A stretch of DNA of 64,000 bases from Rhodospirillaceae bacterium. Lineage in GTDB: Bacteria; Pseudomonadota; Gammaproteobacteria; Burkholderiales; SG8-41. The stretch is from assembly GCA_050260255.1 (NCBI GenBank), contig JBLNBW010000107.1:1848-65847 (forward strand), given 5' to 3'. The notes beneath the pieces are model-generated. The model worked only from the letters and a program-made list of their open reading frames with translations, had not been told where the DNA came from and ran no database searches. Every line of letters begins with the position of its first letter. The stretch's first letter is position 1. Both the position numbers and the translations under genes were made by a program. Shown one piece after another: positions 9,148 to 19,563 of this stretch.

Positions 9148-12072
9148 ATGCCCGACCAGACCGTCCCGCCGACCGCCCTATCGCTGCCGCCGCACGCACA
9201 ACGCGAACTCGCCGTCGAAATCGCCCGGCGCACAACGGCCGAAGTCCTGTTCGACGCCGGCAACCGCGCGGCGTATTCGGCCGACGCCTCCAACTATCGG
9301 CAGATTCCCATAGGCGTGGTCGTTCCCCGGACGGTCGATGACGTGGTCGCCACCATGGCGATCTGCCGCGAGCGCGACGTTCCGGTCCTCGCGCGCGGCG
9401 GCGGCACATCGCAGTGCGGCCAGTGCGTGAACGTGGCCGTCGTCATCGACAATTCGAAATACCTCAGTCGCGTCCTCGACATCGATCCGCAGGCAGCGAC
9501 TGCGCGCGTCGAGCCCGGCATCGTATGCGATGCGCTGCGCGATGCCGCAGAGCTGCATGGCCTTACTTTCGGTCCCGACCCGGCGACGCATAGCCGCTGC
9601 ACGCTGGGCGGCATGATAGGGAATAACTCCTGCGGTGCGCACTCGGTGATGGCGGGCAAGACCGTCGAGAATATCGAAGCGCTGGAAGTCCTGACGTACG
9701 ACGGCGCGCGCATGTGGGTGGAGGCCACGACCGACGCGCAACTCGAAGAAATCATCCGCGCCGGCGGGCGTCGCGGCGAGATTTACGCCCGGCTGCGCGC
9801 GCTGCGCGACCGTTATGCCGATCTCATCCGGGCGCAATTCCCGCGCATCAAACGTCGCGTGTCGGGCTACAACCTCGATCAGCTCTTGCCGGAGAACGGC
9901 TTCAACGTCGCGCGGGCGCTCGTCGGCTCCGAGGGCACGTGCGCATACACCTTGCAAGCAGTGACGCGGCTGGTGCGCAGCCCGCCCCATCGCGTGCTGC
10001 TGATCCTGGGCTTTCGCGACATCTATGCGGCGGGCGACGCGGTGCCGCACGTCTTGCCGTTCCAGCCGATTGCCACCGAAGGATTGGACGAGCGCCTCAT
10101 CGGTGGCCTGCGCGAGCGCGGACTGCGGCTTGCCGACATCGCCGCGCTGCCCGCCGGCCGCGCCTGGCTCATGATCGAATTCGGCGGCGAAACGCCGGGG
10201 GCGGCCGCCGTGCAGGCGAACGCACTCGTTCGGTCGTACGAAGCGAGCCCGCATGCGCCCAGTGCGTCGCTCATCACCGATCCTCAGCTGTGCGAGCGCA
10301 TGTGGTCGATACGCGAAACGGCGGCCTCCGCCACGGCGCTCTCGCGCACGCCGGGCGCGGTCGACCCGACGATCGGTTGGGAAGATGCGGCCGTCGATCC
10401 CTTGCGACTCGGCGACTATTTGCGCGAGTTCCAGGCGCTCGTCGACCGCTACGGCTATGAGACTTCCCTCTACGGCCATTTCGGCGACGGCTGCATACAC
10501 GCGCGCATCACCTTCGACCTGCGTTCCGACGGCGGCGTCGCGACATGGAAGTCTTTTCTGCGCGACGCGGCGCGGCTCGTGGTCGCGTACGGCGGCTCGC
10601 TCTCGGGCGAGCATGGCGACGGCCAGGCGCGCGCGGAATTCCTGCCGCTCATGTACGGCCCGGAGCTCATGGAAGCCTTCCGCGAGTTCAAGCGCATCTG
10701 GGATCCGGGCAATCGCATGAATCCGGGCAAGCTAATCGATGCGTACCGCGTGGACGAACACCTGCGCCTGGGCCCCGACTACCGTCCGGCGCGGCCTGTG
10801 TCTCACTTCGCCTTCCGTACGCCGGAGGGCAGCGGCTTCACGCGAGCGGTCGAGCGCTGCGTCGGCATGGGCAAGTGCCGCTCGCACGAGGGCGGCGTCA
10901 TGTGTCCGAGCTTTCGCGCGACGGGCGACGAGCGCAACTCGACGCGCGGACGCGCACGCCTTCTCTCCGAGATGCTGCGCGGCGACGTGATCGCCGACGG
11001 CTGGCGCAGCGATGCGGTCCGCGAAGCGCTGGAGCTGTGCTTTGCATGCAAGGGCTGCAAAAGCGACTGCCCCACCCATACCGACATGGCGACGTACAAA
11101 GCGGAGTTCATGGCGCACTATTACGCCGGCCGCAGACGTCCGGTGCAGGCGTACAGCATGGGCCTTATCCATCGCTGGGCTCGGCTCGCATCGCGCGCGC
11201 CGCGGTTCGTGAACACGCTCACCCATACACCGGGAATCGCCGCATTGGCGAAGCGGCTGGCGGGCATCGCGCCCGAGCGCGACATCCCACGCTTTGCGCG
11301 GCGGAGTTTTCGCGAGCAGTACGCGAAGCGCGCATCGCCGGGGACACGTTCCGAACGCGTCGTCTTATGGGCGGACACGTTCAACGATCACTTTCATCCG
11401 CATGCCGCCATGGCGGCCGTGCGCGTCCTGGAAGCGCTCGGGTGCATGGTCGTCGTGCCTGCGCGCAAGCTGTGCTGCGGCCGCCCGTTGTACGACTTCG
11501 GGATGATCGAGCTCGCGCGCCGTCAGCTCCTCGACATATTGGACGCGCTCGCGCCCGAGATCGAAGCCGGCACGCCGATCATCGGGCTCGAGCCCGCGTG
11601 CCTCTCGGTGTTCCGCGACGAAATGCCAAACCTGCTGCCGGACGATGCGAGAGCGGCAAAGCTCGCTGCTCAGGCGCGCCTGTTCAGCGACTTCGTGGTG
11701 ACGCACCCGCGTTGGCCGAAGCGCGGCGGATTGAGCGGCGCCGCGCTGGTCCACGGCCATTGCCATCAGAAAGCCCTGTTCGGCATGGACAGCGATCTTG
11801 CCTTGTTGCGCTCGACAGGTCTTACCGCGTCGCTCATCCCATCGAGCTGCTGCGGCATGGCGGGCTCGTTCGGATTCCATCCGCAGCATTACGCCATCTC
11901 GATGAAAGCCGGCGAAGCGAGCGTGCTGCCCGCGGTACGAAACGCGGCATCCGATACGCTGATCGTCGCATCCGGGTACAGCTGCCGCGAGCAAATCGAG
12001 CACGGCGCGGCGCGCGAGACGGTGCACATCGCGCAAGTCGCAGCGCGCGCACTCGACACCCCGGCAAGCTGA
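9148..12072 (+). CDS. FAD-linked oxidase fused to an Fe-S/CCG domain (GlcD-GlcF / YdiJ-type 2-hydroxyacid dehydrogenase)
   Basis: 974 aa. FAD_binding_4 region (PVLARGGGTSQCGQ), two Cys clusters (CVGMGKCRSHEGGVMCP; CFACKGCKSDCP) and two CCG motifs (KLCCGRPL; SCCGMAGSFG). Confidence 0.9.
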   Translation: MPDQTVPPTALSLPPHAQRELAVEIARRTTAEVLFDAGNRAAYSADASNYRQIPIGVVVPRTVDDVVATMAICRERDVPVLARGGGTSQCGQCVNVAVVIDNSKYLSRVLDIDPQAATARVEPGIVCDALRDAAELHGLTFGPDPATHSRCTLGGMIGNNSCGAHSVMAGKTVENIEALEVLTYDGARMWVEATTDAQLEEIIRAGGRRGEIYARLRALRDRYADLIRAQFPRIKRRVSGYNLDQLLPENGFNVARALVGSEGTCAYTLQAVTRLVRSPPHRVLLILGFRDIYAAGDAVPHVLPFQPIATEGLDERLIGGLRERGLRLADIAALPAGRAWLMIEFGGETPGAAAVQANALVRSYEASPHAPSASLITDPQLCERMWSIRETAASATALSRTPGAVDPTIGWEDAAVDPLRLGDYLREFQALVDRYGYETSLYGHFGDGCIHARITFDLRSDGGVATWKSFLRDAARLVVAYGGSLSGEHGDGQARAEFLPLMYGPELMEAFREFKRIWDPGNRMNPGKLIDAYRVDEHLRLGPDYRPARPVSHFAFRTPEGSGFTRAVERCVGMGKCRSHEGGVMCPSFRATGDERNSTRGRARLLSEMLRGDVIADGWRSDAVREALELCFACKGCKSDCPTHTDMATYKAEFMAHYYAGRRRPVQAYSMGLIHRWARLASRAPRFVNTLTHTPGIAALAKRLAGIAPERDIPRFARRSFREQYAKRASPGTRSERVVLWADTFNDHFHPHAAMAAVRVLEALGCMVVVPARKLCCGRPLYDFGMIELARRQLLDILDALAPEIEAGTPIIGLEPACLSVFRDEMPNLLPDDARAAKLAAQARLFSDFVVTHPRWPKRGGLSGAALVHGHCHQKALFGMDSDLALLRSTGLTASLIPSSCCGMAGSFGFHPQHYAISMKAGEASVLPAVRNAASDTLIVASGYSCREQIEHGAARETVHIAQVAARALDTPAS

Positions 12073-12076
12073 AGGG

Positions 12077-12847
12077 ATGCCGGGCTTCGAAACCATCACG
12101 CCTGCAACGCTCGCCTGGATCGTGCTCGTGATGGCCTTATCCGGCGCGATGCAAGGCGCTCTCGGTCTCGGCTTTCCGACCGTCGCGACGCCGCTCATAA
12201 CGATGGTGACCGACATCCGTACGGCCGTCGTGCTGGTGTTGCTGCCGTGCCTTGCGACCGTCGCGCTCAATCTCTTCCGCGGCGGCCCCATGCGGCCGGT
12301 GCTCGCACAGTTCTGGATGATGCCGATCTACATGCTGATCGGCGCGGCCACGGGAACCCGGCTGTTCGTCGCGTATCCGGAGTTTCCGTACGCATTGCTG
12401 CTCGCCGTGGTGATCTTCGTGTATCTTAATCTCGATCGCCTCGGCCGGACCGATTGGCCCGCGATGCAGCGTTATCGCCATGGATACGCGGCGCTGTTCG
12501 GGGTCATGGCCGGCGTGTCGGAGGGCACGGCCAACGTGGCCGCGCCGCCGCTCATCGTGTACTACCTCGGCATAGGCACATCGCCGCTGCTACTCGTTCA
12601 GGCGCTCAATTTGTGCTTCTTCACCGGCAAGACGACCCAGTTTCTGACCCTCGCGACGGCCGGCGGCGTCAATGCAACGCAGTGGCTCGTGACCATCCCA
12701 CTTGCGGCGATCGCCGCGGCCGGCGCCTGGATAGGGATACGCCTGCGCAGCCGCATCGCTGCGGAGACCTATCGCCGCTGGCTTAAATGGGCGCTGTTCG
12801 CGATTGCCATCGTGCTCGTCGCGCAGCAGGTGTGGCGGTGGTCGTGA
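12077..12847 (+). CDS. tauE: TauE/SafE-family sulfite (anion) exporter
   Basis: 256-aa polytopic membrane protein starting 4 nt after the upstream stop. Two-repeat TauE-like organisation (ALSGAMQGALGLGF... / GVSEGTANVAAPPL...). Confidence 0.75.
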   Translation: MPGFETITPATLAWIVLVMALSGAMQGALGLGFPTVATPLITMVTDIRTAVVLVLLPCLATVALNLFRGGPMRPVLAQFWMMPIYMLIGAATGTRLFVAYPEFPYALLLAVVIFVYLNLDRLGRTDWPAMQRYRHGYAALFGVMAGVSEGTANVAAPPLIVYYLGIGTSPLLLVQALNLCFFTGKTTQFLTLATAGGVNATQWLVTIPLAAIAAAGAWIGIRLRSRIAAETYRRWLKWALFAIAIVLVAQQVWRWS

Positions 12848-12856
12848 CGGCGCGCT

Positions 12857-12886
12857 AAAAAGAAAACAGGCCGCCTGGCGGCGGCC
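12857..12886 (-). terminator. rho-independent terminator of grxD
   Basis: Minus-strand GGCCGCC-gcca-GGCGGCC stem followed by TGTTTTCTTTTT, just downstream of the grxD stop. Confidence 0.7.
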
Positions 12887-12910
12887 CGTCGAGATGCAGC
12901 GTCAAACGTA

Positions 12911-13219
12911 TCAGGACTTCAACAGCTGCGCGAGCTCGCCGCTCTTGTACATCTCCGTCATGATGTCCGACCCGCCGACGAATTCGCCGTTCACGTACAG
13001 CTGGGGGATCGTCGGCCAGTTGGCGTATTCCTTGATGCCCTGACGGATTTCCGGATCTTCCAGCACGTTCACGGTGAACACGTCTTCCGCGCCGCATGCG
13101 CGCAGAATATTCACGGCGTTGGCGGAAAAGCCGCACTGGGGAAAGTCGGGCGAGCCCTTCATGTAAAGCACGACCTTGTGCTTGGTGACCTGGTCTCTGA
13201 TGGTGTCTTGGGTGCTCAT
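12911..13219 (-). CDS. grxD: monothiol glutaredoxin (Grx4 type)
   Basis: 102 aa. CGFS active site ([10 protein letters not shown]) and [16 protein letters not shown]. Confidence 0.95.
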   Translation of the reverse strand: MSTQDTIRDQVTKHKVVLYMKGSPDFPQCGFSANAVNILRACGAEDVFTVNVLEDPEIRQGIKEYANWPTIPQLYVNGEFVGGSDIMTEMYKSGELAQLLKS

Positions 13220-13291
13220 AGCGTTCCGTTAAAAAACTTGAGTGCTTTTGTCGGGTTAAGTGTAACTTTGGTGCTGTGCAGCGTCAACCGC

Positions 13292-14125
13292 TCATATTCT
13301 GCGTCCGCCGGTCACACGCTCGATGCCGGCAAGATCGCGGTGTGTGGCGATCGCCGTATAGCCTGCCTGCCGCAACAGTGCGCGACATGCCGCGCCCTGA
13401 TCGTAGCCGTGCTCGAACCATAGCGAGCCGCCAGGCCTCAGGTGATCGACGCTCGCGCGTACGATGTGGCGGATCGCGTCCAGCCCGTCCCCGCCCGGTG
13501 TCAGCGCCGCGCGCGGCTCATAACGCAGGTCGCCACGCATGAGATGCTCGTCGTTTCCCGCGACATAAGGCGGATTGGAGACGATCACCTCGTAGCTGGT
13601 CGTGCCCAATGCATCGAACCAATTGCTCACGCGCCATTCGACGCGGTCGATGCCGAGCCGGGCGGCGTTGCTGCGCGCCACGGCGAGCGCCGCCTCGGAG
13701 GCGTCCACGCCGGTAATGTGAGCGCCGACACACTCCGCCGCGAGCGTAAGGCCAATGCAACCGCTGCCAGTGCCGAGATCGAGCACCCGCGCTGCGCTGA
13801 AGCCGCGCAGCTGCGCCAACGCAACATCGACGAGCAGCTCCGTTTCCGGACGTGGAATCAGCACATCGGCCGTGACGCGAAACGTTCGGCCGTAGAACTC
13901 GCGCCACCCGGTGATGTAGGCGACCGGTTCGCCGGCGGCGCGCCGCTGCACCCACGCCTCGAAGGTGAGCGCCTGCTCCGCCGGCATACCGTCTTCGGCG
14001 TGCGCGATCAGGTAAGCGGCATCGCGACCGAGCACGGCGCAAAGCAGTGCCTTTGCGTCCACTGCATCGATGCGCCGGCGTGCGTTGGCAAGCGCTGACT
14101 GTACGGTAATGGCGTCCGCCGCCAC
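13292..14125 (-). CDS. prmC: release-factor glutamine N5-methyltransferase
   Basis: SAM motif LDLGTGSGCIG and NPPY motif (VSNPPYV). Immediately downstream of prfA. Confidence 0.92.
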   Translation of the reverse strand: MAADAITVQSALANARRRIDAVDAKALLCAVLGRDAAYLIAHAEDGMPAEQALTFEAWVQRRAAGEPVAYITGWREFYGRTFRVTADVLIPRPETELLVDVALAQLRGFSAARVLDLGTGSGCIGLTLAAECVGAHITGVDASEAALAVARSNAARLGIDRVEWRVSNWFDALGTTSYEVIVSNPPYVAGNDEHLMRGDLRYEPRAALTPGGDGLDAIRHIVRASVDHLRPGGSLWFEHGYDQGAACRALLRQAGYTAIATHRDLAGIERVTGGRRI

Positions 14126-14131
14126 GAGGGA

Positions 14132-15220
14132 TTACGCCGCCGCGTCTTCCGCGAGCTGGGCGAGCTGCTCGGCCTGATGCTCGGCCACGAGCGCGTCGGT
14201 CAGCTCGAACAGATCGCCATCCATGATCGCAGCGATCTTGTAGAGCGTGAGATTGATGCGATGATCGGTGACGCGCCCCTGCGGAAAATTGTACGTGCGG
14301 ATGCGCTCGGAACGGTCGCCGCTGCCGACCAGCGACTTGCGCTCCGCGGCCGTCTTCGCCTGCTGTTCGCGCACCTGCTTGTCCTTGATGCGCGCGGCGA
14401 GCACCGCCATCGCCCGCGCCTTGTTCTTGTGCTGCGAGCGGTCGTCCTGGCACTCCACCACGGTGCCGGTCGGAATGTGCGTGATGCGTACCGCGGAGTC
14501 GGTCTTGTTGATGTGCTGCCCGCCGGCACCCGAGGCGCGGAACGTATCGATCTTCAAGTCCGCCGGATTGAGGACGATGTCGGCGACTTCATCGGCTTCC
14601 GGCAGGACGGCCACCGTGCACGCCGACGTGTGTATGCGCCCCTGCGTCTCGGTCGCCGGCACGCGCTGCACACGATGTGCGCCGGATTCGAACTTGAGCC
14701 TCGAATACGCGCCCTGGCCTATGATCTTGGCGATGATCTCGCGGTAGCCGCCCAGATCCGAAGGACTTTGCGAAATGATCTCCACCTGCCAGCGGTTGCG
14801 CTCCGCAAAGCGCGCGTACATGCGGAAAAGATCGCCGGCGAACAGCGCCGACTCGTCGCCGCCCGTTCCGGCGCGAATCTCCAGGAAGATGTTGCGCTCG
14901 TCGTTGGGGTCCTTGGGTAACAGCGCCTTCTGCACCTCGGTCTCTATCTTCGCGAGGCGCTCGCGCGTGTCGCGGATTTCGTCCTCCGCAAAAGCGCGCA
15001 TCTCGGGATCCGCGGTCATTTCCTGAGCGGCGGCGAGATCGCTTTCGCCCTGGCGGTACGCACGATAGAGGTCGACCACCGGGCCGATGTCCGCGTGCTC
15101 GCGTGTGAGCCGGCGATACGTTTCCATGTCCGACGTGACGTCCTCTGCGGACAGCAGCCGGTTCAATTCTTCCAATCGGGACGTGAGCTGCGTGAGCTTC
15201 GCAGCGATGCTGGGTTTCAT
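14132..15220 (-). CDS. prfA: peptide chain release factor 1
   Basis: 362 aa. GGQ motif ([11 protein letters not shown]) and RF1 PAT tripeptide ([10 protein letters not shown]). Confidence 0.96.
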   Translation of the reverse strand: MKPSIAAKLTQLTSRLEELNRLLSAEDVTSDMETYRRLTREHADIGPVVDLYRAYRQGESDLAAAQEMTADPEMRAFAEDEIRDTRERLAKIETEVQKALLPKDPNDERNIFLEIRAGTGGDESALFAGDLFRMYARFAERNRWQVEIISQSPSDLGGYREIIAKIIGQGAYSRLKFESGAHRVQRVPATETQGRIHTSACTVAVLPEADEVADIVLNPADLKIDTFRASGAGGQHINKTDSAVRITHIPTGTVVECQDDRSQHKNKARAMAVLAARIKDKQVREQQAKTAAERKSLVGSGDRSERIRTYNFPQGRVTDHRINLTLYKIAAIMDGDLFELTDALVAEHQAEQLAQLAEDAAA

Positions 15221-15256
15221 CGGATTCCGGAACGGAGCGCCGGCACGGTAGGCCGG

Positions 15257-16510
15257 CTACTCAGGAGTTTGGAGGCGGTAAAGTCGGGCGAGCGCCGCGC
15301 TCAGCGCTTCGCGCTCGTCGGGTGTCGCATGATGCAGCGCGTGAGTGGGCCCGTGCAAGAGCTTGTTGGTCAACGCGTGCGAGAGCTGCTCCATCACGAG
15401 CTGCGGATCGTCGCCTTTCGCGAGGCGGCGTATCGCGCGCTCCAGTTCGTGCCGGCGCGCCCGGTCGGCGTTGTCGCGCAGCGCGCGTATCGTCGGCACC
15501 AGCTCGCGATTGGCCAGCCAGTGCATGAAATCGGTGGCCTGGTTTTCGATGATCACCTCGGCCTGCGCGACCGCTTTCTGCCGTATGTCGCGCCCTTCGC
15601 GGGCGATCTTGCCCAGATCATCCACGCCATACATGAACACGTCGTCCAGCGTCGACACCTCGGCCTCGATGTCGCGCGGCACGGCGAGATCGAACAGCAG
15701 CATAGGGCGGTGTTTGCGCGCCTTGAGTGCGCTTTCGACCACGCCTTTTCCGATGATCGGCAGCGGGCTTGCCGTGCAGGACACGACGATGTCATACAGC
15801 GGCAGCTGTGCCGCCATGTCGTTGAGCGATGCCACGCGACCGACGAAACGCTCGGCGAGCTGCTGGGCCTTCGCTTCCGTGCGGTTCGCGAACGTCATGT
15901 TGCGCGGATGGCGTGCAGCGAAGTGCGCTGCGCAGAGCTCGATCATTTCTCCCGCGCCGACGAACAGCACGTTCTGACCGGCGACACTGGGATAGATGCG
16001 CTCGGCGAGCTCCACCGCCGCAGAGGCCATCGACACGGTGCTCGCGCCGATGTCCGTTTCGGTGCGCACGCACTTCGCGACCGAGAACGTCCGCTGGAAC
16101 AGCTTGTTGAGCAACAGCCCGAGCGTGCCCGCCGTCTCCGCCGTGCGCACCGCCTGCTTGAACTGCCCGAGGATCTGCGGCTCGCCGAGCACCATCGAAT
16201 CAAGACCGCTCGCGACGCGGAACGCATGCTTTACCGCGTCGGCGCTCGTATAGCGATACAGGTACGGCTCGATGTGCTGCGTCTTGAGACGGTGGTAGCT
16301 CGCAAGCCAGTCGACGGCCGCGCGCGGCTCTTCGGTATTGCAATAGACCTCGGTGCGATTGCAGGTGGAGATGATCGCCGCTTCCTGTATCGGGCGCCGG
16401 TCTACGAGATCGCGCAGCGCCTGAACCAGATTTTCGGCGTGAAAAACCACCTGCTCCCTTACCGAGAGGGGGGCGGTCTGGTGATTGACGCCGAAAGTGA
16501 AGAGATGCAT
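15257..16510 (-). CDS. hemA: glutamyl-tRNA reductase
   Basis: [19 protein letters not shown]..., active-site region [14 protein letters not shown]-binding GAGEMIEL. hemA-prfA-prmC order. Confidence 0.95.
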   Translation of the reverse strand: MHLFTFGVNHQTAPLSVREQVVFHAENLVQALRDLVDRRPIQEAAIISTCNRTEVYCNTEEPRAAVDWLASYHRLKTQHIEPYLYRYTSADAVKHAFRVASGLDSMVLGEPQILGQFKQAVRTAETAGTLGLLLNKLFQRTFSVAKCVRTETDIGASTVSMASAAVELAERIYPSVAGQNVLFVGAGEMIELCAAHFAARHPRNMTFANRTEAKAQQLAERFVGRVASLNDMAAQLPLYDIVVSCTASPLPIIGKGVVESALKARKHRPMLLFDLAVPRDIEAEVSTLDDVFMYGVDDLGKIAREGRDIRQKAVAQAEVIIENQATDFMHWLANRELVPTIRALRDNADRARRHELERAIRRLAKGDDPQLVMEQLSHALTNKLLHGPTHALHHATPDEREALSAALARLYRLQTPE

Positions 16511-16621
16511 GGGGACGGGCGTGTGCGCTGTAAGCGCGCTTATTTTATAACCGCCCGCAGGGGTACGACAAATCGAAAATCATTGATTTGTAGGAATAAT
16601 CCTACACGCGCAAGTACCGTC

Positions 16622-17617
16622 CTACGCGTCGCGCCGGTTCCTGAGCGGCTCGTTGTGCGCCCAGTGCACGATGTTCTCCATAAAGATGTCCGCCGCCCGC
16701 CGTTCGTTGCCGGCAGAGACGGCGGCACTGTGCGGGCTCACGATGACGCCCGGCATATCCCAAAGCGGGGAGGCGGCCGGCAAAGGCTCCGTTTCGAAGA
16801 CGTCCAGATACGCACCGCCGATATGACCGTTGCGCAGCGCCTCGATCAGCGCGCGCTCGTCGATGCAGCCGCCGCGAGCGACGTTGACGATCTGCGCGCC
16901 GCGAGGGAGCAGTACGAGCGTTTCGGCGTTCAGCAAGCGGCGCGTTTCTTCCGTGAGCGGGCACGCGAGGACCACCCATTGACAGCGGGGCAGCACACCG
17001 CGCAGCGCCGATATCGGCAGCACTTCGTCGGCCGGATCGCCCGGCTGGAGCGGCGTGCGCCGCATGCCGATGACGTGCATGCCGATCGTGCGACAGAAGC
17101 GCGCGACCGCCCCGCCGATTGCGCCCATACCGACGATCAGAATGGTCTGTCCGCGCAGGTCGGGCGGCAAGGCCGGTCCGCGCAAGGGCTCCCAGGCATG
17201 GCGGCGCTGCGCCTGCATCCAGTGCGGAAACCGTCGCGCGAGCATGAGAAGCCCGGTGATCGCCGTCTGCGCCACCGGCTCGGCATTGGTGCCCGAGGAC
17301 GTGGTGAGGCGCACGCCGCGCTCCCGGAGGGCAGCGAGAAACGGATGCTGGTCGATGCCGGCGCTCGCGAAGTGCACCCATTCGAGGTGCGACGCAGCAG
17401 TCACCGCCGCGCCGAACGCTTCGTAGAGCCGGGAAAATCGCAGGTCGCGCGAGAGGTAAGCGATCTTTATGCGGTCGCAGGTGGCCGGGTCAAGCGCGAC
17501 GTTCGGCTCATCGGGCAGATGAATGATGTCAGGCTCGCGGCCGACGGACGCGAGCGTCGCCGCCAGCCGGTCACCGAAACGCGCAACGAACCCCGTCGAG
17601 AGCAGCACTCCCGTCAT
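16622..17617 (-). CDS. D-isomer-specific 2-hydroxyacid dehydrogenase family, NAD(P)-binding
   Basis: 331 aa. GMGAIGGAVARF Rossmann motif; ...NVARGGCIDE...LDVFETEPLP...SPHSA pattern. Starts 14 nt downstream of the PrpB-like gene. Confidence 0.85.
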   Translation of the reverse strand: MTGVLLSTGFVARFGDRLAATLASVGREPDIIHLPDEPNVALDPATCDRIKIAYLSRDLRFSRLYEAFGAAVTAASHLEWVHFASAGIDQHPFLAALRERGVRLTTSSGTNAEPVAQTAITGLLMLARRFPHWMQAQRRHAWEPLRGPALPPDLRGQTILIVGMGAIGGAVARFCRTIGMHVIGMRRTPLQPGDPADEVLPISALRGVLPRCQWVVLACPLTEETRRLLNAETLVLLPRGAQIVNVARGGCIDERALIEALRNGHIGGAYLDVFETEPLPAASPLWDMPGVIVSPHSAAVSAGNERRAADIFMENIVHWAHNEPLRNRRDA

Positions 17618-17631
17618 GCCGGAGCCAGCGC

Positions 17632-18543
17632 TTATTTCTTCTGCTTCTCGCGGGCGAACAGCGTGTCGAGCTTCTTCTCGTACGCGTGGTAGTCCAGGTA
17701 ATCGTACAGGTCGTCGCGCGTCTGCATGAGATCCACCACGCTTTTCGCGCTGCCTTCCTTACGGATCGCCTGGAACACTTTCAGCGCGGCGGCATTCATC
17801 GCGCGCCACGCCGAGAGCGGATAGAGCGCCATCGCGACGTTCGCGCTCGCAAGCTCCTGGGTGGTGAAGAGCGGCGTTTTGCCGAATTCGGTGATGTTGG
17901 CGAGGATCGGCACTTTCACCGCGTCGGCGAACTTCTTGTACATCGAGAGCTCGGTGATCGCTTCCGGGAAAATCATGTCCGCGCCGGCTTCCACGCAGGC
18001 GCACGCCCGCTCCACCGCGGCGTCCAGGCCTTCGACGGCGAGCGCGTCAGTGCGCGCGATGATCACGAAGTCGCGGTCGGTCTTCGCATCGGCGGCCGCC
18101 TTGATGCGGTCGACCATCTCGTCCTTGCTGACGATTTCCTTGTTGGGGCGGTGGCCGCAGCGCTTTTGCAGCACCTGGTCTTCGATGTGCATCGCACCGG
18201 CGCCGAACTTGATGAGCGACTTCACCGTGCGCGCGATGTTGAACGCGCCGCCGAAACCGGTGTCGACGTCCACCAGCAGCGGCAGGTTGCACACGTCGGT
18301 GATGCGGCGCACATCGGTGAGCACGTCGTCGAGAGTGCTGATGCCGAGATCGGGCAGCCCCAGCGAGCCGGCCGCAACGCCGCCGCCGGACAGATAGATC
18401 GCGCGAAAGCCCGTGCGCTCGGCGAGGCGGGCTGCGTACGCGTTGATGGCGCCGACGATCTGCAGCGGCTTTTCCTGCGCTACCGCCGCGCGGAAACGCG
18501 CGCCCGCACTGGCGGCAAGCGCCGGATTCGACAAATCGGTCAT
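17632..18543 (-). CDS. isocitrate lyase/PEP mutase superfamily lyase (methylisocitrate lyase PrpB-like)
   Basis: ORF trimmed to MTDLSNPAL, preceded by AAGGAG. Family signature [15 protein letters not shown], and [12 protein letters not shown]. Confidence 0.85.
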   Translation of the reverse strand: MTDLSNPALAASAGARFRAAVAQEKPLQIVGAINAYAARLAERTGFRAIYLSGGGVAAGSLGLPDLGISTLDDVLTDVRRITDVCNLPLLVDVDTGFGGAFNIARTVKSLIKFGAGAMHIEDQVLQKRCGHRPNKEIVSKDEMVDRIKAAADAKTDRDFVIIARTDALAVEGLDAAVERACACVEAGADMIFPEAITELSMYKKFADAVKVPILANITEFGKTPLFTTQELASANVAMALYPLSAWRAMNAAALKVFQAIRKEGSAKSVVDLMQTRDDLYDYLDYHAYEKKLDTLFAREKQKK

Positions 18544-18721
18544 GGAGTGCTCCTTGTGTGCGCGGCGTCGCCGACAACGGTGCCGTCGCGTGAAGTTGTC
18601 CGTGATGTGGACGGCTGTTTTGCCGTCCGAAACAGGCCGCCACACTAGCATAAACGCAGCTATTTCTCCAGAGCGTGGACAGTGGCATAATGACGGCTCT
18701 CACGATTCGGACTTCGATATC

Positions 18722-19525
18722 ATGGTGAAAAAGAACCCGGAGGACGAGGCCGTCCGCCTGTCCGGCACCCAAAGCATAGAGCGCGCGCTGTTACTGCTGC
18801 GCGAGATCGCCGCTCATAACCGCGCAGGCTCGCGCCTGCTGGACCTCGCAACGCGCACGGGACTGCAGCGTCCCACCGTGCACCGCATGCTGAAGTGCCT
18901 GACGCTGGAAGGCATGGTTCAGCAGGACCCGGACACCCATCGCTACTACCTCGGCTCGATGGTGTTCGAGCTCGGCCTCACCGCCGCGCCGCGCTTCAAT
19001 CTGCGCGATATCTGCCATCCCTCGATGACGCGCATCGCCGACGCGACCGGCGACACGGTGTTCCTCACGCAACGTAGCGGCCTCGATGCCGTTTGCGTGG
19101 ACCGCCACGAAGGGACCTTCCCCATCAAGACCTTCACGCTCGATGTCGGCGTACGCCGCCCGCTCGGCGTCGGCACCGGAAGCCTTGCGATACTGTCCGC
19201 ACTGTCGGAGGACGAAGTAAAAAGCGTGGTCAACAGCAACACCGCCCGCCTCACCGAATACGGCCTTACGCCCGCGAGCCTGCTCACGCAAGTAAAGCGC
19301 GCCCAGAAACTCGGCTATGCCGTGCGCGAGATGCCGACGCTCGCCGGCGTGCGTTCCATCGGCCAGGCCGTGCACAATCACAGCGGCGTGGCGTTCGCCG
19401 CGCTGTCGGTGTCCGCCATCTCGAGCCGCATGACCGAGAAGCGCGTGAGCGAGCTCGCGACGCTGCTCAAGAACGAAACACGCCTCATCGAAAAACAACT
19501 GGCGTCCGGCGGGGACCTGCGCTAA
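18722..19525 (+). CDS. IclR-family transcriptional regulator
   Basis: MVKKNPEDEA... start inside ORF 18413..19525. wHTH LLDLATRTGLQRPTVHRMLKCL plus an IclR effector domain. Divergent from the PrpB-like operon. Confidence 0.9.
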   Translation: MVKKNPEDEAVRLSGTQSIERALLLLREIAAHNRAGSRLLDLATRTGLQRPTVHRMLKCLTLEGMVQQDPDTHRYYLGSMVFELGLTAAPRFNLRDICHPSMTRIADATGDTVFLTQRSGLDAVCVDRHEGTFPIKTFTLDVGVRRPLGVGTGSLAILSALSEDEVKSVVNSNTARLTEYGLTPASLLTQVKRAQKLGYAVREMPTLAGVRSIGQAVHNHSGVAFAALSVSAISSRMTEKRVSELATLLKNETRLIEKQLASGGDLR

Positions 19526-19563
19526 AAGCGCGGCACCGCTCCCGCCATTACGAGGAGTCCACC

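Noticed and set aside
15095-17692. 865-aa plus-strand ORF spanning prfA, hemA and the 2-hydroxyacid dehydrogenase region
   Set aside because: It is antisense to three genes that have unmistakable family motifs. The translation is Arg/Ala/Gly/His-rich nonsense, typical of a stop-poor shadow frame in GC-rich DNA.
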